A program made the position numbers and the translations under genes. Shown piece after piece: positions 9,828 through 19,917 of a stretch of 64,000 nt of DNA; positions within the stretch are counted from its first letter, which is position 1; each line of letters starts with the position of its first letter. The notes under the pieces were generated by a model. It was not told the origin of the DNA. It saw nothing but the letters and a program-made list of their open reading frames with translations, and did not search any database. Source of the stretch: an uncultured delta proteobacterium (GTDB lineage: Bacteria > Desulfobacterota > Desulfomonilia > UBA1062); contig CAVVYZ010000020.1 in NCBI GenBank assembly GCA_963752595.1, positions 32,001 to 96,000 of the forward strand. The letters are read 5' to 3'.

Positions 9828-10487
9828 ATGATGATCGAAGATGTAACAGCAATGGATATCAAGGGCTTCCTCGACCATGAGGAAGGCATGCAGCTGTACA
9901 AGATTGCCCTGGAAGCAAGCGCAAAAGGCCCGTGCCTTGAGATCGGAGGTTACTGCGGGAAGTCCACCGTTTATCTTGGGTTGGGCTGCAAGGCTGCTCA
10001 TGGGGTTCTCTTCTCCATAGACCATCACCGCGGGTCCGAAGAGCAGCAGCCGGGTCAGGAGTATTTCGATCCGGAGCTTTTTGACGCAGCCGGCGGCAGG
10101 GTGGATACCTTCCGGCTTTTCCGGAGGGCTATCGAAGAAGCATCTCTCGAGGATACGGTCATTCCCGTCGTCTCTTCTTCCGGGGTTGCTGCCAGGATGT
10201 GGTCTACGCCTCTGAGCTTGGTCTTCATCGACGGCGGCCACAGCTACCCCACGGTGTTCACCGATTATACGTCGTGGATGCCGCACATCATGCCGGGTGG
10301 CTACCTTCTTATCCACGACATATTCCGGGACCCGAAAGACGGTGGACAGGCACCGTACTATATGTATCAGCTGGCGATCAAGTCAGGGCTTTTCGAAGAG
10401 AGAGCGCAGGTGAAAACATTAGGGGTCTTGAGGCGGCTTGAGATCGGCGCGGTGCCCGACGCCATACGGAGCTTACGAGACTGGTAG
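9828..10487 (+). CDS. Class I SAM methyltransferase (Methyltransf_24), resembling mycobacterial MMP 1-O-methyltransferase MeT1
   Basis: EIGGYCGKST, DHHRGSEEQQPG, FIDGGH, HDIFRDPKDGGQAP motifs. Confidence 0.8.
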   Translation: MMIEDVTAMDIKGFLDHEEGMQLYKIALEASAKGPCLEIGGYCGKSTVYLGLGCKAAHGVLFSIDHHRGSEEQQPGQEYFDPELFDAAGGRVDTFRLFRRAIEEASLEDTVIPVVSSSGVAARMWSTPLSLVFIDGGHSYPTVFTDYTSWMPHIMPGGYLLIHDIFRDPKDGGQAPYYMYQLAIKSGLFEERAQVKTLGVLRRLEIGAVPDAIRSLRDW

Positions 10488-12062
10488 CTCGTCGAGATCT
10501 CTGTTATGGGTCCAGAAGAGCTTTGTGCCGGCGCCGTTGGAGTCGCACTTGATATAGCCTGCATCCATGAGCGTCTTCATGGTCCATGATACGAACGCAA
10601 AATCGCTGCCTATGTTCTCGGCTATTCTGGATGAGAAGAACCCCAGAGGGTCCGATGCCGGGCCGTCCGAACAGCACATTTCTTCAATGATGTCTTCGCT
10701 TAAGAGCCGGTAAATAAAGTTCATCCTCTTCTTGCCTTCCACGAGAAGCTCATCGTGTGGACTGCACTGCTTTTTTTCGTATCGCTCGACGGTCTCCTGC
10801 CATTTCTCTTCGAGGACATCGTCGTATGTTTTCACAAACGAGATCATCTCTTCCGGGCTTACATTCGATGTGCGCACCACGGGACTGTTGGCGTCGTAGA
10901 GAGGCCAGTCGTCGGTAAGGATCGTAAGATCGTATTTCTCGAGCTCTTCACGAACCGTAGTCCCCGGGAAAGGGGCGAGGAAGTGGTACCCGAAGTAAAT
11001 ACCCAGCTCCTGCGCAAACCGTGAGGTTTCCTGCAGCGTCTCTTTGGTTTCTCCGGGCAGGCCCACCATGAAAGATGCATGGGTGATGATCCCTGCCTCC
11101 TTGCAGACCCGGGTAGCTTCCCGTGCCTGCTCCAGGGTTATGCCTTTCCTGATCCTTTTGAGCATATCCGGGTTGCCTGACTCGATGCCGAAGCTGACGC
11201 TGTCGCAGCCTGCATCCTTCATGACCTCGAGAATTTCCCTGTCCACGGTGTTCACCCGGGCGAATGCGCTCCAGACGAATTTGACGCCGCGCCTCTTGAT
11301 CTCGCCGCACAGCGTTTTTACCCGTTCCTTGTTTGCGGTGAACAGGTCGTCTGCGATGTTGATGCGCGGGAAGCCGTAGGCGAGGATGTCCTCGATCTCG
11401 TCCACCACCAGTTCCGGGCTTCTGAAGCGTGCCTTGTAGCCTACCATCTTGCGGCCAAGGCAGAAGATGCACTTGTTGGGGCAACCCCTGCTCGTGATGA
11501 TGCTCACCGGATACCCCAGGGCCAGATACCTTGATACGGGCAGGAGATGGCGCGCAGGCGTGGGGACGGTGTCCAGATTCTCGATGAGAGGCCGCTGCGG
11601 GGTAGTGATGATACGGCCGTTTTTACGGAATGCAATGCCGTTGATCCCGTCCCACTCCTCGGGCGATCTGATGGCAGGGACCAGCTCCGAGAGGGTCTGC
11701 TCACCCTCGCCGACCACGATGAGATCGAGCTCGGGATAGTTTTTCAGCGTATTTTCGATATCAAAGGATACATGCGGCCCGCCCATCAGAGTAACGATCT
11801 TCCGGTTGTAACTTTTCACATCCCGGAGGATGGCGGCGGCCTGGCGGAAATTCATGGTGACGGCCGTAGCGCCCACGGCATCCGGCCTGAAGTCTTCAAG
11901 GGCTGCCGTAAGCTTTTCTTTGGAATATCTGCTGACAATGAAGTCGAAGATCCTGACCGTTGCCCCTGCCGCCTCGCATGCTGCTGCAACATACGTCAGC
12001 CCCAGCGGGGGCGACGGTGCTTCTTCAAGGGGGTAGGGCGGAGCTATGAGCGCGATTTTCAT
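10473..12062 (-). CDS. Cobalamin-binding radical SAM protein (class B methyltransferase-like)
   Basis: PPLGLTYVAA and GGPHVS B12-binding domain; TSRGCPNKCIFC; GIESG; PFPGT. Confidence 0.9.
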   Translation of the reverse strand: MKIALIAPPYPLEEAPSPPLGLTYVAAACEAAGATVRIFDFIVSRYSKEKLTAALEDFRPDAVGATAVTMNFRQAAAILRDVKSYNRKIVTLMGGPHVSFDIENTLKNYPELDLIVVGEGEQTLSELVPAIRSPEEWDGINGIAFRKNGRIITTPQRPLIENLDTVPTPARHLLPVSRYLALGYPVSIITSRGCPNKCIFCLGRKMVGYKARFRSPELVVDEIEDILAYGFPRINIADDLFTANKERVKTLCGEIKRRGVKFVWSAFARVNTVDREILEVMKDAGCDSVSFGIESGNPDMLKRIRKGITLEQAREATRVCKEAGIITHASFMVGLPGETKETLQETSRFAQELGIYFGYHFLAPFPGTTVREELEKYDLTILTDDWPLYDANSPVVRTSNVSPEEMISFVKTYDDVLEEKWQETVERYEKKQCSPHDELLVEGKKRMNFIYRLLSEDIIEEMCCSDGPASDPLGFFSSRIAENIGSDFAFVSWTMKTLMDAGYIKCDSNGAGTKLFWTHNRDLDELPVS

Positions 12063-12072
12063 AGAGACTTTC

Positions 12073-12795
12073 TTACAACTCTTTTCGAGGAAATACAAGA
12101 GACTTGAGCCATCCGAGGAGCGTATTGTCTTTCAGCATGTCCCGGTCGATCTCTTCGATGTCGGCTTTGAGCTTTCTCGGGTCGGCAAACCAGTCCGCTC
12201 TTGTCTTGATCGGCTCAACGGGATCGAGCTGCCTTACCGGGACCGCGGGGTTGCCGGCAGCAATGGTGTTCGCAGGGATGTCGCGGGTCACTACCGATCC
12301 TGCGCCGATGATGCTGTTGTCTCCGATCGTCACACCCTTGCAGACGACGGCACTGTCGCCGATCCAGACATTGTTGCCGACTACAATAGGCTCGTTTCTG
12401 CCGGTGTAATCGGTTCGGTCATAGATGCCGTGCCAGTCGGCATCGGTAAGATATACGCTGCTCGCCATCATGCAGCTGTCCCCGATGGTGATCCCGTTCG
12501 CGGAACTGATCCGGACGCCCGGGCAGATAAGGCTGTACTTCCCGATGCTGATGAAGCCTTTGCCTTTCTCCGCACCCCATACCGTGAGTCTCACCTTGTG
12601 GTCGGAGGTCGTGATGACATTGGCAAAATCGCCGAGGTCGATGGGCCCGCCGAACACCATGACATGCCAGGGCTTCATGAAGGTGCAGCCCCTGCCGAGA
12701 TGCCGGAACTGCGGCTTAAGGAAATGGTCGGCATACCAGTCCCGAAAGAGCAGATCGAAATATTTGATGTAGTACGGCCTATAATCTTTGATCAA
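12073..12795 (-). CDS. Hexapeptide-repeat sugar O-acetyltransferase
   Basis: VGNNVWIG, GVTIGDNSIIGAGSVVTRDIP, AGNPA. Confidence 0.85.
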   Translation of the reverse strand: MIKDYRPYYIKYFDLLFRDWYADHFLKPQFRHLGRGCTFMKPWHVMVFGGPIDLGDFANVITTSDHKVRLTVWGAEKGKGFISIGKYSLICPGVRISSANGITIGDSCMMASSVYLTDADWHGIYDRTDYTGRNEPIVVGNNVWIGDSAVVCKGVTIGDNSIIGAGSVVTRDIPANTIAAGNPAVPVRQLDPVEPIKTRADWFADPRKLKADIEEIDRDMLKDNTLLGWLKSLVFPRKEL

Positions 12796-13922
12796 CGATA
12801 TTCAGCCCTTATATCCTGTGCGTCTGAGTAGAAGGCATCCTTGATGCTGAAGATGGGGTGCCTTTTCTTGAGGAAGTGGTACATGTGGGTCTTTTGTCCT
12901 TCCTGCCAGAAAGAGTGGTTGAAGAGCTGGGATGCAGGGGTTATGTGGTAGAGTGCGTCTGCTGCCATCATGACCGCTGCATTGGTCCAGGAGAGCTTTT
13001 CCTCGGGCCATATCGCCATATCCGGGAAGGTGTATCCGCAGTAGTAGCTTCCATCTTCATATCTCTTGTTCAATATCCATGAAAGGATCGATTCTGCAAG
13101 CTCATTTTCGCCCATTGCGGCCAGTGCGATGACGAGCTCGGAGGTTTCTGCCATGGTGATCCAGGGGTTATCGGATACGCACCGTACGCCCAGGCCTTCC
13201 ACCACGAACTTGTTCCAGAAACGGTCGATCCTCTTTTTTGCTTCGTTGTTGGTCATTGCCCCGCAGAGCACCGGATAGAACCAGTCCATGGAAAAGCGCG
13301 ACTTGGTCTTGTTGAAGAGATAGCTCCGGTAGCAGATGGCTTCTTCGAGGCGTTTCAGTGCGGCCTGCCACGAGGGCCTGCTTTCTCCCAGGAGCAGCGC
13401 CAGCACAAGGGCGCACTTGAGGCTCATGTACGTCGAACTCGATCCGGTGAGCAGGCTCATGGGGTCGATGGCGCCATGGGGGTTCCTGGCCCAGTAGATC
13501 TCACCGCCCGGGCCCTGGAGTGCGACTGCATAGTCGACCCCGGCGCTCACCGTGGGCCAGATGAATTCGAGAAATGCCCGGTCCTGGGTGATGAGGTAGT
13601 AGTGGAAGACGCCCACAGCGATATACGACGACTGGTTCGACTCCCGCGTCATGTCCAGCGGCGTGCCGTTTTGGTATGACGAATACCAGCTCCCGTCCTC
13701 GATCTGCACGGATGCGAGCCATTCAAAGGCACGCCTGGCCTCTTCAAGATATCCTCCGATGGACAGGCCGATAGCGGCTTCCACGTGGTCCCACGGGTCG
13801 GCCTTCCCCCCGGTATGCCAGGGGATTTCTCCTGTAGGCAGCTGCACTGCGGCAATGGAGGCCGCCAGGGTGTCGATCTCGACCGAATGTGAAATGGTGC
13901 GGAGCTGCAGTTCAAGATCCAT
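12792..13922 (-). CDS. (alpha/alpha)-barrel 'prenyltransferase-like' protein, resembling MMP hydrolase MmpH
   Basis: GEIPW, DPWDHVEAA, Q-xx-DGSW, LLTGSSS, FSMDWFYPVL, PWITMAETSE, SWTNAA; position in the cluster. Confidence 0.65.
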   Translation of the reverse strand: MDLELQLRTISHSVEIDTLAASIAAVQLPTGEIPWHTGGKADPWDHVEAAIGLSIGGYLEEARRAFEWLASVQIEDGSWYSSYQNGTPLDMTRESNQSSYIAVGVFHYYLITQDRAFLEFIWPTVSAGVDYAVALQGPGGEIYWARNPHGAIDPMSLLTGSSSTYMSLKCALVLALLLGESRPSWQAALKRLEEAICYRSYLFNKTKSRFSMDWFYPVLCGAMTNNEAKKRIDRFWNKFVVEGLGVRCVSDNPWITMAETSELVIALAAMGENELAESILSWILNKRYEDGSYYCGYTFPDMAIWPEEKLSWTNAAVMMAADALYHITPASQLFNHSFWQEGQKTHMYHFLKKRHPIFSIKDAFYSDAQDIRAEYR

Positions 13923-14640
13923 AATGTTCACCTTTCTTAAGGTAAAGTACAATACTCTTTGAGATCAAAGGATTCAAGGTTTTATCGAGTGTCCTGGTGA
14001 GGAGGGGCTTTTTCATGATGTCCCACACGAGAAACCGGTGATAGAGCTTCACCGCGGGGTGCTCGTCATTCTTGTGCCCGACCATGCATTTGAGCCACCA
14101 GTAGGGGCTGTGGAGCGAATGAGCCCACCCGCTTTCCAGGCACCTGGTCCCGGCGCTTTCCAGTATATCGATGAGCTCCTTCTTCTTGAATATCCTTATG
14201 TGGCCGCCTTTTTCATTGTGGTAGTCATGCGAAAGCGCCCAGCAGATCCGTTCGGGCAGATACCGGGGCACGCTCACCACCAGCGACTTGCCGGCTTTGA
14301 GCACCCGGATGAGTTCGCTGACCGCCTTCAAGTGATCAGGAATATGCTCCAGCACCTCGGAGCAGATAACCACGTCAAAGCTTTCATCCTTGAAGGGAAG
14401 TCTGGTGATGTCGCTCACGCTCAGCAGCTTGATACCGCCGCCGTCTTCGGCCTCGTGGATCATGCAGTCGAGCGTTCTGTTCGCCGTACCTGCGTCCTTC
14501 CCGCTCATATCGATGCCCACCACGTGGACATCCCGGAAGCGGAAAGCCCGGCTCAGGTGGCGGCCAGAGCCGCACCCTGCGTCGAGCACCCAGGAACCGG
14601 GCGGGAGCTCGAGCTTCGAGAAATCAACAGTGAGCATCAA
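13912..14640 (-). CDS. Class I SAM-dependent methyltransferase (putative sugar O-methyltransferase)
   Basis: VLDAGCGSGRH, LPFKDESFDVVICSEVLEH, GGHIRI, HSPYWWLKC. Confidence 0.85.
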   Translation of the reverse strand: MMLTVDFSKLELPPGSWVLDAGCGSGRHLSRAFRFRDVHVVGIDMSGKDAGTANRTLDCMIHEAEDGGGIKLLSVSDITRLPFKDESFDVVICSEVLEHIPDHLKAVSELIRVLKAGKSLVVSVPRYLPERICWALSHDYHNEKGGHIRIFKKKELIDILESAGTRCLESGWAHSLHSPYWWLKCMVGHKNDEHPAVKLYHRFLVWDIMKKPLLTRTLDKTLNPLISKSIVLYLKKGEHYGS

Positions 14641-15910
14641 TGGCCTCCCGGTAGACCTCGACCACCTGCTTTGCCGTGTTATGCCAGGTGAAGAGCTTCT
14701 TCACCCTGTCATACCCTGCATCCGCAAGACGCGCACGTTTTTCGGGATTATCCAGGAGGTCTATGATGGCCGTCTCCAGTGCACCTGCATCCCCCGGACG
14801 GACGAGGATGCCGGCGTCTCCCACCACTTCGGGCAATGCCCCTCCCGTGGTGCTGATCACCGGGACCCTGCATGCCATCGCCTCACCGGCGGGCAGGCCG
14901 AACCCTTCATAAATCGATGGCACAACTGCCATGGTAGCCTTGGCATAGTACGTTGCGAAATCATCATCCGGGATCCGGCCGGTGAAGGTAATGAACTCAT
15001 AGGCGCCCAAGTCTCTCACGAGTTTGTCGATAACACCGTTTTTCTTGGGCTTCCCGATGACTGTGAGCTTGACATCCCTCTTCCTGCGGATGGAAGAAAC
15101 TGCCTCGATGAGATAGCGGAGCCCTTTCAGCGGCGTATCCGCGCTGTTGGTGACCATGATCCGGTTTTCTTCCCGCCTGACGCCGTCGACGGGATAGAAG
15201 ATATCCGTGTTGATGCCGTTCGCCACCACGCGGAACTTATAGGGAGGAATGGCGAATTCCTTGCTGATATCTTCCTTGGAAGCCTCGGAGACCGTGATGA
15301 TATGAGAGAGCCTCCGCGAGACCCGCTTCTGCATGTTGATGAAGGAATACCATCGCATGACCTTGAGCTTTCTCCACCAGACCTTCATGGATTGAACCTC
15401 CACGTCGCGGTCAACGGTCATGGGATGGTGGATGGTGGCGACCGTCGGGACCCCGGCTGCCCTTACGCCCAGGATGCCGTAGGCAAGGCACTGGTTGTCG
15501 TGGAAGACGTCGTAGTTGTGGGCGTTTTTCCGCATGAAGTCCCAGATGCGCAGGCCCGAGGTAAAGGGCTCCGGAAACCCGCCGCTGGAGACCCCGAGCC
15601 ATTCGATGAGATTGACCGGGGATTTGAGCTCGGATAAGCTCGGCACCCGGAAAAGGTCGTCCGGATTGTAGAGGTCGAGACTCGGGAGTTTATGAAGGGC
15701 GACATCGTCATCCAGGATGGGATAGGGAGGCCCCGATACCACATCGACCTTGTGTCCCAGGTCGGCCAGCGCCCTGCTGAGCCTCTTGGTGTATACCCCC
15801 TGGCCTCCGCAGGTTGGATTCCCGCGGTAGGTAAAGATACAGATTCTTAAACTGCGATCCGAACCGGTTGACGCACCCCTGCCGTTTTTGCCCTTATCAT
15901 GCGCTGCCAT
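14624..15910 (-). CDS. Glycosyltransferase family 4 (ManT-like)
   Basis: GGQGVY, HDNQCL, TIHHP, PSIYEGFGLPAGEAMA. Confidence 0.9.
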   Translation of the reverse strand: MAAHDKGKNGRGASTGSDRSLRICIFTYRGNPTCGGQGVYTKRLSRALADLGHKVDVVSGPPYPILDDDVALHKLPSLDLYNPDDLFRVPSLSELKSPVNLIEWLGVSSGGFPEPFTSGLRIWDFMRKNAHNYDVFHDNQCLAYGILGVRAAGVPTVATIHHPMTVDRDVEVQSMKVWWRKLKVMRWYSFINMQKRVSRRLSHIITVSEASKEDISKEFAIPPYKFRVVANGINTDIFYPVDGVRREENRIMVTNSADTPLKGLRYLIEAVSSIRRKRDVKLTVIGKPKKNGVIDKLVRDLGAYEFITFTGRIPDDDFATYYAKATMAVVPSIYEGFGLPAGEAMACRVPVISTTGGALPEVVGDAGILVRPGDAGALETAIIDLLDNPEKRARLADAGYDRVKKLFTWHNTAKQVVEVYREAIDAHC

Positions 15911-16205
15911 TTCAATGAACTTTCCTTTTTGTCAGAAATGATGGTGCAATTTATTGTCCCCCAAGAAGGAGCATTTCAATTTACCAATGATAGAGTAATA
16001 AATCAATGATAATTAAAAGAATAATGCTTAAATAGTTCTTCGGAAGAGAAGGGCAGGACAAATCCGGACATATCCTGACTGATCAAAAGGTCAAGCCTTT
16101 CCCCTGAGTTCTTGCCGGACACTTTCAAGATATACATGTCTTGTCCGTATGGAGTAATAATCTTTCATTATAAGCCGGGAATTGATATAAGACACCTGGT
16201 GATGC

Positions 16206-16257
16206 ACCCCGCCGTAAGCAGCAGGGCGGGGTAACCCCGCAGCAAGCTGCGGAGAAT
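16206..16257. repeat. Double hairpin related to the IS200 ends (MITE-like remnant)
   Basis: ACCCCGCAGCAAGCTGCGGAGAAT is the reverse complement of the IS end motif at 2218/2544; adjacent ACCCCGCC...GGCGGGGT hairpin. Confidence 0.65.
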
Positions 16258-16284
16258 CATTTGATTGAAATCATAGGGGCGTTC

Positions 16285-18643
16285 ATGAAGAAGGTCGTAG
16301 ATTTCTGCATCGATCATCCATATTGGATTATCGGGTTCGTTCTGATCATAACCCTGTTTTTCGCTGCACAGATACCCGGGATCAAGATGGATTCCCGAGT
16401 GGAGGTCATGCTGAGGCATGATTATCCCCCTGTTGCATCTTTCATTGATAACAGAAATTCCTTTGAGCCATATGCTGATGCCGTCGTGGGCATGCTGCAC
16501 CCGAATATCTACAACGCCGGCTCCATGGAAAAGCTCGCCCGGATCACGCAGGAATTCAAAAGCATAAAAGGGATCAGCAAAGTAACCTGTATTCTGAATG
16601 CGAAGAACATTCAGGGCAGTGATTCGGGGCTCGATGTATCGCCCCTGGTCAAGGAAGGCACCTTCCCGAAGACGGAAAGAGAAATCGCAGACTTCAAGGC
16701 CAAGGTCGACTCGTGGGAGGTCTATAAGGGTTCGCTGGTCACCGGGGACGGCACCGGTGCTGCGATATCTCTGGTATTCGAAGACAAGATCGAGACCGTG
16801 GATGTCATCCCCATCTACTTTGCCATGACGGATATCATGAAGAAATATGAAGGCCCCGAGAAGTTCTTCATCTCGGGCACCAAGGTTCTGGAGGCACTCC
16901 AGAGCCACTACATGATCAAGGACCTGATATACCTGCCGCCCCTGGTGGTGGTCGTCCTGATCGTATCCCTGTTCTTTTTCTTCAGGAACATCAGCGGCAC
17001 GCTGCTGCCTTTGATCTCGGTGGGCATCGCGTGTATCTGGACCTTCGGCCTCATGTCGTTGATTCATATCCCCCTGACCATGATCTCCACTGCTCTGCCT
17101 GTTGCCCTCATGGCCGTCGGCGTTGGGTACGGAGTGCATGTCATCGAGAACGTCTTCTCCGAATTCAGCGCCGGGAAAAGGGGAAGGGCGGGCATAAAGA
17201 GCGCTGTCGTAAGGATCGTCATCCCCGGTGCTCATAGCCGGGCTGACCGAGGTTGCCAGCTTCCTGTCGCTGGTCTCGATATGGGTCGTTCCCCTCACGC
17301 AGTTCGGTCTGCTCTCGGCCTTCGGTTTCGGGGTCGCCATGATGCTTGTCCTCACCTTCATCCCTGCGGTCCTGTCCGCAATCGACGCCAAAGGCAGGGA
17401 ATTTATTCCCCGCCATCATACCGGGCTCGATATCGTAGGACCGATCCTGAAGAAGCTTACCTACATAAGCACGCACAGGAAAGGATGGATATTTGCAATA
17501 TCCCTTCTCGTGTTTGTCGTTGCCGCAGTGCTCGGCAGGCATGTCAGGAGCGATTTCAATCTCGCTGACAATTTCCGCGAGAGAAGTCCTATCCGGATGG
17601 CTGATACGATTCTCAACGAGAAGTTCGGGGGCACATCGACGTACCGCGTGGTGTTCAAGTCGAAGAGTGCCGACGGCATCAAGGACCCCGCAGTCCTGAA
17701 TGATATGGACCGGCTCCAGAACGAACTGAAAGACCTCGAAGGCGTGGGCAAGGTGGTCTCGATCGTTGATTTCATCAAGAGGATGAACCAGTCCATGCAC
17801 GATGGTGATCCCGCCTATTACGCCGTTCCCGAGTCCAGGGAGCTTGTGGCTCAGTACCTTCTCCTGTACTCATTCTCCGGGGGAGGAGATGAGCTGGACA
17901 GCTTCGTGACCTACAATTACCAGGAAGGTCAGATATTGCTCCAGATGAAGTCACAGAGCGGCTATCTGACCCGTGACGTGGTCAGGACAGTGGAGGAATT
18001 CGAGAGGGAACAGGACACCTTTACAAAGGGGATCACGATAGTCACGACAGGCCTCTCCATGCTCGCCAACGAGTTCAACCACATCATCGTCAAGAGCCAG
18101 CTCCAGAGCTTTGCCCTGTCGTTCGTCCTGTGCTTTCTCGTCACTGCGGGGATCTTCCGCTCGTTCAAGCTCGGCATCTACAGCATGGTTCCTCTCATTA
18201 TCCCCATTACGCTCGATTTCGGCATTATGGGGTCGACGGGAATGACGCTGAATGCCGCAACCTCGACCGTGGCTGCCATCGACATCGGCTTAGGGATCGA
18301 CTACTGCATTCACTTTCTCAACAGATACCGTCACGAGATCCATCTCGGCCGGTCGGTGGACGAGGCTATCGAGATCACCATGAACACCTCGGGCAGGGCC
18401 ATCATCTATAATGCCCTGGCGTTGTCGGCAGGGTTTCTGGTCCTCGTGCCTTCCCAGTTTACCATTATCTCCCAGATGGGCATACTCGTGGCCGTTGACA
18501 TGACGACCATCGCCTTTTCAGCGCTCACCTTCCTGCCGGCATGCATCAGGCTCTTCCCTCCCGATCTTTCAAAAGACGTTTCGGACGAGTACGTGTCGGC
18601 AGATCCTCTGATGGAGGAAGAGTCTTTGAAAGAGGCTTCCTAG
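16285..18643 (+). CDS. MMPL/RND family transporter, split by a frameshift at ~17225
   Basis: Two RND halves (VGVGYGVH; GLGIDYCIH); an extra C in ATCCCCGGTG joins ORFs 16261 and 17228. Confidence 0.85.
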
Positions 18644-18741
18644 AGAAGGGGAGAACAGGAAACATTTTCATTGATATGGACGGATCTCCCACGTGTATGG
18701 TAAAGAAATTCAGATAAAAATTGAAGAGAAAGGGTTGACAC

Positions 18742-18939
18742 ATGCTGACCAAGAGCGGGAAGAAACTCGAAGAAATCATAAAGAAGGCAATCGACGATCA
18801 CGTCATCAAAAACTCCGAGTACGAAGAGATCATTGCCCTTGCGCATGAAGACGGCGTTGTCGATGCCCACGAGAGAGTCCTGCTTGCAGAGCTCAATGAC
18901 CTCATCGCCGACAAATCCGTTAAGCGCATGGCCGGATAA
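18742..18939 (+). CDS. Small hypothetical protein (65 aa)
   Basis: Clean ORF with plausible RBS and coding-like composition. Confidence 0.6.
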   Translation: MLTKSGKKLEEIIKKAIDDHVIKNSEYEEIIALAHEDGVVDAHERVLLAELNDLIADKSVKRMAG

Positions 18940-19018
18940 CCGGCGTCTCAAGGCCTGAACGATATATCAGCTAAGAAAGCTGCTTTTAGAAAAGGGGCGG
19001 ACACCCCTTCCTGCCGTA

Positions 19019-19282
19019 TTACCTTACGGAAGGACCCTGTACGCTCTGTTTGGGGAAAAACCGTTCCAGAAGGATTTTTTTGAGCCGGTCTATCTTATCG
19101 GTACTGACGCAGCAGGGGGGGTCGACTTTCTGGGAAAGCGTGATGGTGAGCGTATAGGTACGCAGCATGACCCTGCATTTTTTACAGGTCTGCAGGTGCG
19201 CTTCCAGCTCGAAAATGACTTCTTCGCACAAGGACTTTTCCAGGAACTCCTGAAACAGAGCCGAACAGAGTTTGCAATTCAT
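19019..19282 (-). CDS. Zinc-binding anti-sigma factor (ZAS/zf-HC2)
   Basis: HLQTCKKC motif; overlaps the sigma stop codon. Confidence 0.8.
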   Translation of the reverse strand: MNCKLCSALFQEFLEKSLCEEVIFELEAHLQTCKKCRVMLRTYTLTITLSQKVDPPCCVSTDKIDRLKKILLERFFPKQSVQGPSVR

Positions 19283-19887
19283 TCCTCTTCCCCCGATGGA
19301 TCCGTATATTTTTTCCTGAAGTATCCGGAGAGGAGGCCCCTCAAGATCAGCCTTCCCCTGTGGAGCCTGGATTTGACTGCAGGCACGCTGATGCTCAATG
19401 CCTCGGCAATTTCTTCATTCTTGAGCCCTTCCATGTCTTTCATGATCACGACTGTTCTCATGGCCTCCGGCAAGGCATCAATGGATTTCCTCAAGACCTC
19501 TTTGCTCTCCTCAGAGAGCAGGACATCATCGGGGAGATCCGACCAATCATAACTCGTCTGGACTTCCTGGTCAAGATCCTCTACCGGAGTCTGATCGGAA
19601 AACTTCTTCTCTTTGCGCAAAAACCCGTATGCCGCATTGGTTGTTACGCGGTAGAGCCAGGTGGAAAAGTATTCTTCGTTCGTGAGCGTGCCGATCTTGG
19701 CGATTACCGTGAGGAATACATCCTGCATGATCTCTTCTGCAGCAGCAGAATCGCGGGTCAGATGATAGGCGAGATTGTAAACCTTATTCGAGTATCGCCT
19801 CACCACTTCCTCCATTGCTCTGGAACTGCCGCCCTTGATTTCTCTTATCAATTCGGCATCGGATCGTATCTCTCGTTTCTTACCCAT
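19279..19887 (-). CDS. ECF RNA polymerase sigma factor
   Basis: AEEIMQDVF, FSTWLYRVTTN, EIAEALSISVPAVKSRLHRGR. Confidence 0.92.
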   Translation of the reverse strand: MGKKREIRSDAELIREIKGGSSRAMEEVVRRYSNKVYNLAYHLTRDSAAAEEIMQDVFLTVIAKIGTLTNEEYFSTWLYRVTTNAAYGFLRKEKKFSDQTPVEDLDQEVQTSYDWSDLPDDVLLSEESKEVLRKSIDALPEAMRTVVIMKDMEGLKNEEIAEALSISVPAVKSRLHRGRLILRGLLSGYFRKKYTDPSGEEE

Positions 19888-19917
19888 TTAGATACTCTTT
19901 CCTCCCGGTTGGATTCT

